Positions 1 through 13,534 of a DNA stretch of 64,000 bases are shown here, piece after piece; position 1 is the stretch's first letter, and the number at the start of each line of letters is the position of its first letter. The DNA is taken from NCBI RefSeq assembly GCF_036321535.1, contig NC_087472.1, positions 92,010,001 to 92,074,000 of the forward strand, read 5' to 3'. The stretch comes from Camelus dromedarius (lineage: Eukaryota). The position numbers were made by a program, and so were the translations under genes. The notes beneath the pieces are model-generated. The model did no database searches, was not told where the DNA came from, and saw only the letters and a list, made by a program, of their open reading frames with translations.

Positions 1-270
1 AAGCCGCTGAAAATATTTTGCTATGGAATTAATGTTTACAACTGGCTCAGGGCAAGAAGCTCTAAATTTGCAACATGTCATTTCTTAATACCAGAATACA
101 AGAAAGGGTGGCACTTTATGTAGCTATGACCACAGAGGTATGAGAAGATGGCTTAAAAGCAAACATAGCTGTGTTATTTTAACAATTAAGTATTCAAATA
201 AATACACTCTGTATATTTATTGCATCTTGTGAGTAATTTCATTTAAGCAAGCATGACATGTAGCACAAGC

Positions 271-284
271 GTTTCCATGGTGAC
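271..284. promoter_or_regulatory. RFX X-box-like motif
   Basis: GTTTCCATGGTGAC (reverse GTCACCATGGAAAC) is close to the palindromic X-box GTTRCCATGGYAAC, in non-repeat sequence. Motif match only. Confidence 0.3.
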
Positions 285-589
285 TGCTGGTTAAAAGAGA
301 GTTACAATTAGGCAGAAAGAATCAATCTTGAGGACTGTCAAAGCTAAAGGGAGAAAATATTTAATGAAAAAATACTGAAGAAACAATATATAAGAAAAGT
401 TATGTTTTTCCAAAAATTGTGATTATCAAAAATTTTTTGAATATTTTCAGTTACAGATGATAATAAAATTGAGATAAATGTTATCATCCTAAATGTATTC
501 TCTGTTATCCATTGTTTGGGCAGAATTAATAACAGTAGCATTATCGACCTAATAATCCTTTCAGAAGGGGCAGCATAATGTAGAAGAAC

Positions 590-757
590 TAAAAAGGAAT
601 TTTGAGTGTAGGACTGAGCCTGGCATTTTACTATGTGCCCTTTAGGATGTCAATTAACCTCTTGGAAATTTCCTTCCCTGGTTTATGAAGTGGGGAAATG
701 CTACCTAATTGGGTTTCCCTGATCTGTGAGGATGAAATGAGATAACATGGAAGAACT
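590..757 (+). mobile_element. MIR SINE fragment
   Basis: Degenerate MIR core (actatgtgccctttaggatgtcaattaacctcttgg...gtgaggatgaaatgagataac). Confidence 0.55.
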
Positions 758-2349
758 ACATCAATGTTCTGGTCGGCTGTTACCATTCTTGCTAGATTAT
801 CTGACCAAATAATTTGCTCTGTGGTGCAACCCAAAACATCATGTGATACCTACTGGAGGAAATACCTACAGGAACTTCTGCCAGGGCATCTTACCAGGGA
901 AGAAAGGGTTTCTCTTTCCATCCCAGAACATAAAATGTGCAACTCTTTATGTGAGCCCTGTTCAAATTCCCATGATTTTCTGCACTGGGACTGAGACCTG
1001 GAGGAAAGTATTTATGGTAATAAAATGACACAGACTTATAAGAATAGCTTGTAGGGCCATTCTGCCCTAGAATCCTTTAAAATGATCTCAGCCTTCCCTG
1101 ATGGCTTTAATCAGGCATTACGAGCCTTTTCAACGCTCCACTGAGCACCACAGAAGCTGCTTCTGTGGGTAGGTTGCTAGTCCTGGGTCAGTGAATCTAT
1201 TTAATGCAGATAAAAATCTTGTCTGGGAAGGTGAGCTTGGGGCAGGAGGAAGGAAAAAGGTTTTCTCTCCTTTGTGATCATGAATTGATTCCCAAAGCAG
1301 CTAGAAGAATGAAAAACATTAAACGAACGATGAGGGCATCAGAGAGTTTGCCTGGGAGTGCTAAAAATGAACAGAAAATGGGTAATATTCACTTTAAAAT
1401 TTAAATCTCTTAGCTTCTGTGATCTTAAAGACAGCATTCTGAAGGATTCTTCTGTGTTATGTTGGAACAGAAGTTATGAAAATCTCCTAACCCATAAAAG
1501 AATCAACTTTCGTAGGATGGAGCGTTTTGTAGCAGAAATTCTCCAGTCATTTCCTATAAAATGCATATTGTTACATATTTTTTAAAGTCAATAAAAATAG
1601 CTGAATGTCTTACTCTGTCCAGAAAGGAGAAGCACTTCGTATTAGAAGGACGCATATGCTAGCTGCAGCTAAGTTGCCAATTAAATCTGCTTTGTATAAA
1701 ATTTGATTATTTGATATTTTAATGTTGAAATGAATCTATTTCTGAGATGCTTCATGGCTTAGAGTCATAAGAAAAGACTTACTTTTCTGTAGCCTTTGCA
1801 GCAGTTCATTTTCTAAGCATGAAAACAAGGTGCAAATTTATAATTTTAAGGATCTCACTGAGACCTTTGTGACTTCTAAAAAAATCAAATATGTCATGAA
1901 TCCTATCATAGGAAAGAAGCACCACACAAAGGTCATATAAGATGTAGGTTCCTGGCAATGCCAGATCTGCACAAACTCATGACTTAGTGTGAGCAATGTC
2001 CTGGGACCTACACTGGAGCTCCCTCATACACCCTATTTTGATGACTGTTTAAACTTTCTTCCATGTCAAACTTTTTCTTTAGTTTTTGCTGCCTCTTTCC
2101 AAAAGCTCTGTCCTCTAAAGCAGCAGTCTACCATTTGTTGATGCACCTTTATCCATAAAACAAATGTTACTACATATCATCAGAATATGTGCACATATTT
2201 ATTTATAAAGTACAAACATGGACTATTGTACTAATATATTACAAACATAAAATATGCACTAAATTGCAATTTAAGCAGAGCTAAAGATAAAATATGTATT
2301 AATGCAATATGATTTAATTTTTATTGTATTCATTTAAAATACAAAAATA

Positions 2350-2712
2350 TTTTCTGTGTCTGTGAGTCTGTTTCTGTTTCGCAAATAAGTTCCTCTGTGT
2401 CATTTTTTTAGATTCCACATATAAATGCTCTCATATGGCATTTATCTTTCCCTTTCTGTCTTACTTACCAGGGGAGAAAAGGCGGGGAAGGGATAAATTG
2501 GGACTTTGGGATTTGCAGATACTAACTACTATATATAAAATAGATAAACAACAAGGTCTACTATATAGCACAGGGAACTACTTTCAATATTTTGTAGTAA
2601 CCTATGATCAAAAGAATATATATATATATATACACACACATAACTGAATCACCATACTCTACACCAGAGACTAAAACAACATTGTAAATTGACTACACTT
2701 CAATTAAAAAAA
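2350..2712 (+). mobile_element. 5'-truncated, 5'-inverted (twin-primed) L1 3' end
   Basis: About 2350-2466 is the antisense ORF2 end/3'UTR start; 2467-2712 is sense 3'UTR ending in an A tail. Flanked by near-identical caaaaatattttctg (2342-2356) and caaaaaatgtttttctg (2715-2731). Confidence 0.85.
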
Positions 2713-2767
2713 GCCAAAAAATGTTTTTCTGCTCAAAATTGAATGTGTTAGATCTGATCAGATTGGC

Positions 2768-2995
2768 TGTGAGCCAAGGAATTGCAGGCTGCCTCTAGAA
2801 GCTGAAAAAGGCAGTAAAACCAATCTCCACCAGACACTAGAGAAAGGAACGCATCCATGTCAACAACTTGATTTTAGCCTAATGAGAGCTATTCCAGACT
2901 CCTGACCTTCAGAACTATAAAATAATAAACAGGTATTGTATTAAATCACTAAGTTTGTGGTCATTGTTACAGCATCAATAAAAAAAACTACTACA
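2768..2995 (+). mobile_element. MLT1 (MaLR) LTR, 3' half
   Basis: gagccaaggaattgcaggctgcctctagaagctg...aagtttgtggtcattgttacagcatcaataaaaaaaactactaca is a typical MLT1 3' end. Confidence 0.85.
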
Positions 2996-4602
2996 GATGT
3001 CTTAGAAAAAACATTCACTTTAGAAGAATGATTTCATTGTAAGGAATGTGAAGCAAGAAGAGAAAACAAGGATGCAATCTAAAGGAGGCTCCTTGTGAAC
3101 GGTGTAAGACAGGTGCTCCCCCTAGGAATCTGGGGGATAAAATGGTCATATTTATCACACAGGGGTTTCCCCTTCTTACATTGTTATCTCTACCCTGCCC
3201 TCCAGTTTTTAATGGTGCTGGGATCAAGGAAGAAGGAAAATAAAAAGGAGTGGTCACTTGTCCTTATGTGGCTGAAAGCACTGATATTTTGAGACCACTG
3301 AACACTAAACTGAAAGGAGATGCTTCCAAATTAAGTCACTGATGATATGACTTGTCAAGGAAATTATGCATCTTTGAAAGAACTACAATTATTGACTAGA
3401 TTAGGAAGTAAATTTCCAGACACCAACTGCTACAGGTATTGATTAATTTTCCTGTTTTTGACTGAAACTCCGCAAGGCAGCATGTCAGCAAGGTGGGGAA
3501 CTGGAACCAGCTTAGTAGGTCGTGCTGTTTAACACTCTGTTCTGGTGTCTGGTCACTTTTGGTGACTACTGTGACATCATTATAATTCACCCAGAGGCTG
3601 CTTTGATCCACAAGTGTGTGTGCTTACGCGTGTGAATGCATGTGTATATAATGTACATCTATGTTAGTAGGTAATTCACTTCTTCCCTGCCTGTCCCTTT
3701 GTTTAAGTGACAATGTGACCATGACTGTTTGAAGAAACTGTCAAATCCTTCTGTTCTCCCAACCTGATAAATAATGTGTGAGGTTCTCTATCCTCCAGCT
3801 AATAATATTCTCTTCTTTCTTCCTGTGCCTATGACTTCTCTAAATAACAAAGAGAAAATCAGAATCAATAATAATTTCTTCAGACTATTCTATTTCTATT
3901 TTAATGTTTCAAATAACATTTCAGGCAATTGCCCTAGCAATGACCTGGGAGATCTAAATGAATAAATGTTCTAGTGGTCACCTGTTTCAACTTGCAAATA
4001 GAGGAAGTTTGTACCCACCATGTGCTCATTGGGATATACATATTGTAGAATTTCATCATCTATTAAAGAGAATAAATATAATTAGCTGTTAAACCACTGT
4101 AACTGATTTACCATTAAGTTTAAGTAAAGCCTTAGTATATATCAATGTTGATGGTTCTGCTTAGAGAAATAATCCAGGATAGAGCTAATACAATGGCTTC
4201 TTAATTCTCTCTTGGTATATAGTATTATTTATAGGATGATACCAACTTTGAGAAAAGATTTTCAGAATTCAACATTCACAAATAGATTTACTTGAAAAGA
4301 GCATATGTCATGATGATATAATTGTGTTCTGTGGTGCCCCAATGGGATCTTATCCTATTTCATGGAGAGATTTTAATTATATTTAATATGATCTGATTTG
4401 TATTAAATAAACCTGCAAGTTATTTGCTAAAAGTCAGTTGGAGACAAGTACAATGAAAAATATGACTGTGACTAGTCACATATAAAGTTCTGAAGGTCAA
4501 AAGTCTGACTCAGAGAATGAATCTAAATCTTGAACAGAACTCCAATTAGTTAAATCAATTTATGTGATTGGATTAAATCTCTGCAGCTACTTTTCAGCTA
4601 CT

Positions 4603-4870
4603 GTTCACTCAATAAACATATATTGAGCAGCTACTTCAGTTAGGAACTGTGCCAGAAGCTGGGAATACCAAGAAAAGCAAGAAGAAATCATTGTTTTTAA
4701 CAAAATCACAGTAAGGTAGGAGGGAAAAATCCAAGAAAATAAAGAATTGACATGCAGTGATATAAATGCTATAATAAAGGCTTCTTCAAAGTGCTAGCAG
4801 AGAACAGAGAGAAAATTATTAACTTTTCCAGGTGAAAGAATCATAAATAAAGTAGTTCTTGAGTTGGATT
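4603..4870 (-). mobile_element. L2 LINE 3' fragment
   Basis: ttcactcaataaacatatattgagcagctac...tgtgccagaagctgggaatac is the antisense L2 3' end. Confidence 0.7.
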
Positions 4871-7011
4871 CCTTCCCCTATCTCTTTCCTTCCCTTCCTT
4901 TCCCTCCCTTTCTTCCCCAGCCACCTTGTTCCAAAAAGGAGTTCCATAAAATGATACATTAAAGGTAAGATATTAAATCTAAATGTAAAAGAAAAGCAAA
5001 GTTCAGCTCATAAAATATAGCCAGGAATGTAATTGGGAAAATTCATAGTCTTGAATGTAGATGGGCTACAATTTTGGCTTGGAAAAAAGTTCTGGTAACC
5101 ATTGTTTAAAGGGCTGTCACTATTGATTAGTGATCAGATAAATACAAGCCAACTGTTTGGGAGAAGTAAAATGGCTCTGAGCCTAAGATGAGCCAAGGAG
5201 ACTTTCTCTAAGGTGTACTCATAAAGATATACAAAAAAAAAAAAAAAACAAAAAAACATGATAACGTCCATAACAAGAATCTTGCACAAAAAGAAATGTC
5301 ACATGGAACTCACAGGACAAGTAACACTTTGTCAGGTGGGAACAAAGTACATGCACATTCCAGTGAAGGAAGTCATGTGTGCCGTTTGTTGAAAGTCCAC
5401 AGCATTTTTCAGTTGGTTTGGTAGAGTTAGGGGCAGAAGGGGTAGATCAAAGGAAAGTGCCACGAGTTTATGATTGAGAGGAAGATTGAGGTCACCTTGT
5501 GAAGGGTCTGAAGCCACAAATGGAGCCTGACTTTCATACCTGTAGCAAATTTGGAGATAAGGATGGAAAGCCAGTAAATATATGATCAGATCAATTATTT
5601 TACCCTATACTTCCTGGTTCTAGCTACTATAACAGTTACAAGTGTGGGGTGGGTGTTGAGGGGGCAAGTGGAGGAAAACCCATGACAGTTAACAAAACCT
5701 TCTCATGCATTACTTCCTCATCTCTCTTTCTATTATATAGTCGCACTCCATTAGTAGAATATATTCTTTTAAGACATTCAGGACATTTCTTCTTCCTTAT
5801 CCTTCTCATTTTGCCAGTCATTTTGAGGATAGTAAATATCTTTTTTTTAAAGAACATGCTACTCAAATTTAAAAGACTAAGGAAAACAAAATTCCCTGGC
5901 TTCAAGAGTCAATACTAAATATACCTGCTTTTGTGGTTCATTAGTTGGCTAAAGGAAGTAAAAGACTTTCTACTGACTAGAAGCATGAGCTTTCTTTGCT
6001 GAGAAAAAAGAATTTCCTCAAAGTGTTTCCAGGTTCTGTTTTAAGACCCTTTGAGGAAATTCCTTTTTAGACATGCCAATGCTCCTTCCTCAGCTCTTGC
6101 TCTCTAAATGAATTACAGTTGCAGGAAAATCAAGCTCCAGTGTTCAGCTTCATGTTTCTCAAACATGCTAAGGACTTGTGGAAGACAAGCATCCCCTCCA
6201 GCTCCCAGCTGGGGGATAAAATCCTAGTTTTGCTGTCAGAGAACATGCCCAGCTGCCCAATCCCAGACCCCAGTTGCCAAAAACAAAATGTCAGTTCCAA
6301 CCTCTTTTCCTGAGAAAGATAAATTTATTACATGGAACTGAAAGGTCAAAGTCAGGAGCATCCCCCTTTCACCCTGCGTTCTTTTTGCTTCCTGGGAGTT
6401 CCCTTGCTGAGACTGCCAAGGAGACACATGGACCAGAGTTACTCTCAGACCTGAGTGAGGAGTAGCTCTCCAGATGTTTCTGAAGCATGCCTTAATCCAC
6501 GTGATACTGCCATAGATTCTGCAGAGGGTTACACTGTACTTGGGGACTCTTCCACACTGGATAGATCTCCTCATGAGCCAATGTCAACTGAGTGATACAA
6601 TCCACTATTTGCTGGAGTTATAATCTTTGCTGAGGGGGCAAATCTCCTCCAGCAGCCAGGCACGGTGAGACTGAAGGGAAGGTTATATAATGATCCGCAG
6701 ACCTGATCTTATTCTTTTCCCTTGTATCTTTTGGGCAAAAGGTCTGCCAGTTTCCCTGGCCACATAGGCTCACGTGCTCAGTAAGTACAGAGGGCAGGGA
6801 TGTACTCGTTGGTAGCAAATGAATGAGAACAAGGAAAGCTCTCTTGACCAATGCACTTGCCCTTTGAAGGAGAGCTAGGAAATCAAAAATAGCTTTAAGG
6901 TGACAGGAATTTAAATCACCAGGGTGTGCCAGTGTGGGAGAGAATAAAACACTCAGGATATGGTAATGGACAAAGGCAGAAATTCTGATCTGAACACAGC
7001 ACTGTAGAATG

Positions 7012-7165
7012 GTCACTGAACTAGGAGGAATCAGAAGGGCTGGGTTATAGCCTCACTGTGTCACTACAGATCCGTGGGAATATGGCTTTGCCTACCTGGG
7101 TCCCAGTTTCCTAACAGGGAAAATGAGTCCATTGGATGAGGAGATTCCCACGGCCTTCCCACATT
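7012..7165 (+). mobile_element. MIR (MIR3/MIRc-like)
   Basis: gggttatagcctcactgtgtcact...cccagtttcctaacagggaaaatgag...ttggatgag core. Confidence 0.6.
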
Positions 7166-8670
7166 ATATGTAATTCCACCACTGGGAGGCAGCAATTTCT
7201 CTCCTGGTGTCTGTAGCACAGCAACCATGATCTTCGGGCTTAACTCCTTACTTGGCCCTGTGGACCATTATTCTCTCTCAGAAAATGTTCTTGGTCACTG
7301 CACCATCTTCAAACAAGAGAGGTAAGCCATACAAAGTTAGACTTGATGTATGTCTCTGTGCTAATGACCTAGAATTCAGGAATGTTCCAGGCAGTGACAT
7401 TTGTTTTTGTAGGAAGGAGCCATCAATAGTTTTCATTTGACAAGAGAACCCGGGAGGAATTAGAAAACCATGGAGTTTGTTTAAGAAACAGAGAGTAAGT
7501 CATGTACTTATCAGGAGGGTAGAGGAAGACAGGGCAAGGAAGGCTGTTTGTGTGTTCAGCATTCAGGAGGCAAGGTCTGGGGGCGAAAGGAGACAGAAAG
7601 CAAACAGCAGATGTCTCCAAGGATGGCTGACTAATGGAGTGCTCGTGTTCAGCTGTACTGCTCAGCACAGCTGCCTGTTGTGGGTCTCACTCCCCAAAGA
7701 CTTCTAAAAGAACTGTGTCATTTTGACACACGTGATAAGTTTGGCCAACTGGGGATAAGACTCAAAATCATGACTGCCAGTTAGCTAAATCCCAGGGAAG
7801 CTTTGATTTTCCCTGATGAGACCTCAAGTGTATCAACTTTCCTTCTGCACAGCACTGTGATCATGTCTCCTTACATCAGTATGGAACCTTAATTCTCAAA
7901 GCCTCCTTTGTTTGTCTCCAAGTTGGTCAGACTCCGAAGCTTCACTCACAAAGGCAAAAACAGCTCAAGGTCTCATTACAGAGCAAACTAAAGCCTTCTC
8001 AGCTTACAAACATGACTGGGCCATTTTTTTCTCTACTTTCTGGCCAGCTAGAGGGCATACCTAGAGATAGGTCAGAAGAGAGATGTCTGAGAAGCTTATC
8101 CACTGGCCTGTGGAGCTTTATGCATGCATTTCTGCCGCAGAGATGGGAACTAATACACGCCAGTCACTGTGCTGGGAGCTGGAGCAAGGATTTACAAGAA
8201 TAAACATGAACTGTGTCATATTTTAGTGGGAGGGATATATTTGAGTTTTGAGGGAGAGAGGCAGCAGGGGGAGGTGTAAAGGTGCTCACTGTAGTTGGAA
8301 TGCTCCAGAATGTACACCTTCCCCTTTGCCTCCTGTCCCTCCCTCACATTAATTCTTCTTTGAGTCTCTCATCCTTGTTAGTTATTTCCAAATTCTTTCC
8401 TGGTGAGGTGAGGATTTTAAATATGGGATGAAATCAGGATCAGTGAGGTAAGAGCAGGATGAGGAAGAAAAGAAAGAATTCTCCTTACTCACCCCCTTAA
8501 ATATGCCTGAGTTCTTTACATCGACATCCTCAGAATATCCTTCTCAGAGGACAGTCTGGTAGAAGTGGGTGAACACAGGAAATGGGAATGAAAGAAATAT
8601 AAAGCAATAGCTCATCTCAAGGTGCAGATGGCATTCAGAGGGAGGAATGGGTGAGAGGCTTTACTCCTTT

Positions 8671-9353
8671 GTGAATGGACTTTGGCACTAGATAGACCTG
8701 CGTCCAAGTCCCAGGTGTTCATTTACAAGCTGAGCAGCCTCCATTCCCACACAGAGAGCTGGAGTCTATGTCCCCTGCCGGGGTGATCTCTCGGAGTGTT
8801 TCCACCCATAGAAATAAGTAGAAATGACACTGTCCCAGTTCCTGAGCCTACCACTGAATAGACTGGCAAGTCCCACTTCTTGTCTTTTGGAACGCTTGCT
8901 CTAGTCTAGAGGATGCCAGTCACCATGGAAGATGTCTGATGATGTTGAGGCCACCACATTGGCAGGAGTAACGAAGCCACACAGAAGGGCCACTTGTAGA
9001 GTGAGATGCCTGATCAGCCCCGAGGTGTTTCAGCTGAGGTACAGATAGTGTGAATGAAGATGATTCCATTCCCAGCTGCTAACAGAAGCCACATGTGAGA
9101 ACCATTCTGCTGAGTCCAAACTAAAGAAATGGTGTGATAACAACAAAGCATTGTTTTCAGCCTCTGCATTTCGGGGATGTTGAATGTGCAACAATATATA
9201 ACTGCAAGAGTAACCTTGAGCAATTTATTTCACCTCTCCAATCTTTAGTTTCCTCATCTATAAAGTGCAATGTCTATCTCCGAGGGAGGTTATAAGGCTT
9301 CAAGGAGCTAATGTTTGTAAAGCAGTTGGCACGATACCTCACGCAGTAGTAAG
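8671..9353 (+). mobile_element. MIR split by an MLT1 LTR (MIR 8671-8733, MLT1 about 8733-9207, MIR 9208-9353)
   Basis: MIR 5' part stops at atttacaagctg and resumes at taaccttgagcaatttatttcacctctcc. The intervening DNA has MLT1 hallmarks (ggagtctatgtcccct...ttgttttcagcctctgcatttcgggg...caatatataactg). Confidence 0.75.
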
Positions 9354-9371
9354 AAAAGCATATAGAACAGA

Positions 9372-9697
9372 CACTGTCTGCTCCAATATCCAAAATTTTC
9401 TGTTCCAAAATTCAGAATTTTTCATAATTATGGAAATTAACATTATACATTTTCTGTAGGACCCTCAGCAAGGTCTGCAACAGCCTTGTGAATGAAATAC
9501 ACTAATATTTCTGCAGTGAAGCATGTGAATAGTTACATTAAGAGAGGTAAAGATAAATAATTCACAGTAGGTCAGGTAAGGCTCAGCCACCAAATCCATC
9601 CAATGCAGGTTGAGTATGTTACCCCAAGACCCTGGATTTTTCATAGCTATTTTTGATCATGTATAAAGAATTGTGTATAAAGGATACTAGACTCATA
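9372..9697. mobile_element. TcMar-Tigger-like non-autonomous DNA transposon remnant
   Basis: aatatttctgcagtgaagcatgtgaatagttacattaag...caggtaaggctcagccaccaaat...ataaaggatactagac resembles old Tigger-family elements; subfamily uncertain. Confidence 0.5.
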
Positions 9698-12347
9698 CTT
9701 GCATATTTTTTTATAAATGTAGTCATTGCATGCTTCTGCCTTCACTTCTTTTTTCCTTATTCATATGACATAATAGAGAGTAGCTTTTCGAACCAATTTA
9801 TAAATTAAAGATCATCTATATGTTCAGTTTTTGAGAGTACACTTGCTAATTACTTATAAAGAGTCTTCCCAACAGTCTTTTGGTTTTGGCAGCTGAAATT
9901 CATAGTCAGCTCTTTGTTTTCTCAGTGTGTGAGAGAGAAATTCAGCACCAAGGGAAAGGTAGGGATGGTCAAAGGAAAATGCTATTTAGCAAGACATATT
10001 GTCTGTAAGTCAAGATTCATCTGGTTTTTCTCTTCCAGAGAATCTGTCTCACATTTTAATGACCCCATGGCATCCCAAAGCAGGGTAGTATCCCAGGTAA
10101 CCAGGAATAAGACTTGCAAGATCATCAAATAGATGTGTTAGGGGCTCTGTCATAGTTAATTCACTTTTGCTAAATCCTCCAAGTGCTAATTTACCCAAAG
10201 GGCCTTTTCCCTCCACATTTAAATGAAACACAGTAGGAAGATGCCTCCTTTTCTGTATCCTTCACAATTATGACCATTTGAAACATCTGGCACTGTCTAT
10301 TTCATACACAGAATATGCTGAAGGTAACATTTCTCCCTGATGGAAAGCCAGACAAGAATTACATAGGGAGGGAGGAGTAAAACTTTTTAAAGCTTATTTT
10401 CTTCCTCAATGTGAACAGAGATAAATCCTCAAATACACTATTTTTTTTTTCTGGAAGAGAGAGCAGACTTATACAAAACCCCATTATTATGAGACATTTT
10501 CTTTTGTCTGAAAGTAACCAGATATCTCATGGCCAAATTATAGAGCAGTGACAACAGTTATTTAGTTTTGAATAACAAAGCACTGCAAAGCACTGTGAAC
10601 TCAAAGCCGGAGAGAATGTAGTCATCATCAGTGACTGTGTACCACCTTCAACAGACGTCAAAAGAGCTCATCGCAATGAAGGCATTATTTCAGTTTAACC
10701 TCAAAATGTCAACCCGACTCTGAATTCCTTCTTGTTTGAGTTTTTTTCCCCCACACACTCTTTTCTCAATGGAGGTTTTCCTTTCTCTCTCTTGCTTTCT
10801 TTCTTTTTTGAAAAAATATATATATATATAAAAAACCTTTAAAGCCTCTCCATGTAAGTATTTGAGATCAGGGTCTTGATCCCTTTCTTGTACTTCGTAA
10901 AGCACCATTTATATGTTAAGCACTACAGAAAAATCACTAGAGAAAAAATGAAATGACACTGTGCTAGTCTCACTATGTTCTTAGGGTTTTGGTCCAGAAT
11001 GACTAAAATAATTCTTCAGATTAGAGGCATCTATTAAGTACAAACACCAGTTTTACATGATAAATTCAGAAGCTAGATCAAAAGGTATCTAGAAAAGCTT
11101 CCAAAATGTATTATTGTCCCATGTCTCTCAATGTTTTTTTTCCATTTGTACTGTTGTTTCAATATTTTGTGCATCCACACCAATACTGTGTGTATGTTTA
11201 GTGGTCATAAACCCACCATCAATAAGAATGGAGAATTTATGTCAACCGTAAGACATACATATTGATTATTTATATTTGTTCCAGGTATCAGGTGATGTTC
11301 TAGAGAGCCACAAATGAGTGAGCATAGTCTCTACTTTGGAATATTTCATAATCTATCCTAGCTGGGGTAGAACAAAATTCACCTTATAAATTTTGTAAAT
11401 CTAGTGTATAGAAACATACCAGTAAAGATGGTGATACACACTGATGCATATACATGCACACATACATATCTATAGAAACAATGAATTCTAGCTGGACGCT
11501 GCCAAGGGGCTTGTTGTAGGCCTGCAGCGGCGAAACAAGTTGGCCCAATGTAGAAATGTGGGGCTGGACCATTGGCCAGAAAGCAGAACAAAAAACATTC
11601 CAGAGACTTGGGGGTCTGGAGACACTCCAATGTAAAGGGAATCCAGGTGAATTAGAAAGTGATGTTGGGCATTAATTAATCCAGTTAGGAGACTGATTAT
11701 GCATTCTACCAGCTGAAAAATTCATCAATGGCTAGAGAATAAGGAATATTATCTCAGGAATCAAGGAAAATTATGCCCAGGGGCACTGATTCTTCCTTGC
11801 AACTGTGAGGGCTTGGGAAGCCTCTCCTTTACCCCATGTATCTGTGCAACATCTTATTTGCAACAAGCAGAGGTAGAGAAAAGCTGAGTAAGAGACTGAG
11901 CCTTCCTACCTATGAGAGATTGTGCCCTAAATAAAAAGTTTAAACTAGAATGAGAATTTATTTGTCCTCTATTATATAATGGATGAGGAGTCATGAAGGA
12001 GATCAAATCACTTTAAATAAAATAAAAGAGTAACATTTTCTCAGCACATCTTATAAGAATGATTTGTGTCTCTAGTACATACTATATATAGATATATAGA
12101 TATCTTTACATAAGTAAAGGTATATAAAGATGTATAGATATCCTTACAATTGACTGTTTTCCTCACTCTAAATACAAGATTTTCATCAAAATTCTTTTCC
12201 AATTAATTTCCAGGGAAATAGTTCTTTAGAATTTCACTCCTCTGTGAATAATAGTTTATATTTTTTACAAATGAATAATATTCTTCTATACTGTAAAACA
12301 ATTGGGATATTAGCAAAGATAAAAATAACATGAAATATTATGGAATA

Positions 12348-12545
12348 TTTACTATGTATCAGGTGTTAGGATAAAGCACCTGTAGATAGATATAATTTCA
12401 TTTATCATCAAAGCAACCATATTCAGTAGGTTCTATCATTATCCTCATTTTTCTGATAGGAAGTGGAGGTTTAACGAATTAAAGAAATATGTTCATTGGT
12501 GAGATGTTGAGAGTGGTAGAGTCAGGATTTGAACAGAAGTCTAAC
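12348..12545 (-). mobile_element. MIR
   Basis: gtaggttctatcattatcctcatttttctgataggaagtggagg...gtagagtcaggatttgaac is an antisense MIR. Confidence 0.75.
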
Positions 12546-13534
12546 TTTAGATATATAATAATTAAATATAACATTGATTGCCTTACAGGATGTTTATTTG
12601 CATTTTCTTCTTTAAAACAGGTAGGCAGGCATATGAATCAGGCAGATAAGATATTCTTATCCCCATCTAATACTCTGATGAGGCAGAGAAAGGTTCAGTT
12701 TTATTCCCAGGAGCATGCTAGCTTTGTATTTGTCAATGTATTTCTTTGTAATGATTCTAAAGTCTGGTCATCTGGGTAAATTTGATCTCCCTCGATTTCA
12801 TTTCCTGCAATTAGACTGGAAAGTCTAATTAGAGAGCCAGAAATATAGCCTACAATTCATCTCTATTGATGTCTGGTGTGTATGTAGCTCCAGAGATTTC
12901 CTGAGGGAGTGGCCAATGGCCCTCAAATATCTGTCAGGGGGAAAATTTGAGCAAGGGTACAGTGAAGAGAATTGGGGAATGCATGGGGCCATGTTTGATT
13001 TGTAACTCCTATGTCAACCCCAGGGAGGGTGTCATTCAAGCATATCAATATCTTCATATTAATTAAGAGTAAGTACATATTACACTATTTGCTTGACTCC
13101 AAAACTTGAACATCAATGTAATGAAAATGAAGTTTATTTACTTAATTATTTCCTACCTGTTGGTTATTAAATTATCTGGAAAACCTGAATTATCTCATTT
13201 GGAAGATATAGCTCTCTAAAAATTGGTGGTCAAGTCTAGAATTAATTAAGCACAATGTGCTTATCAGCCACAGATGGGAGGTAAAATAAGGTATTTACAA
13301 ACAGAAATGCAGAATTATATGTAAAGTTCTCAGGAATAACTCATTATCAAAGGAAATATTTTAAAATCCTCAGGAATGTACAGGAGTGTACAAGCATGCT
13401 GCTGTTCTATTTATAGCCACATTGGAATCAGCAAGATCCTCACTCCAGCCAATTTGATGAAACATTTTAAAATAAATATGTACATAAAGCTACAGTTTCC
13501 TTATATGCCCAGCATTACAAATTAGAAATATGTT

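Noticed and set aside
1141..1161. REST/RE1-like site (ctgagcaccacagaagc)
   Set aside because: Only the left half matches; the GGACAG half is absent.
6119..7016. Cluster of 60-130-aa ORFs in slightly GC-richer DNA
   Set aside because: No recognisable protein similarity or convincing splice structure; possibly a decayed LTR that I could not name.
8041..8060. CTCF-like motif (ccagctagagggca)
   Set aside because: Spacing mismatch in the 5' core; motif alone is insufficient.
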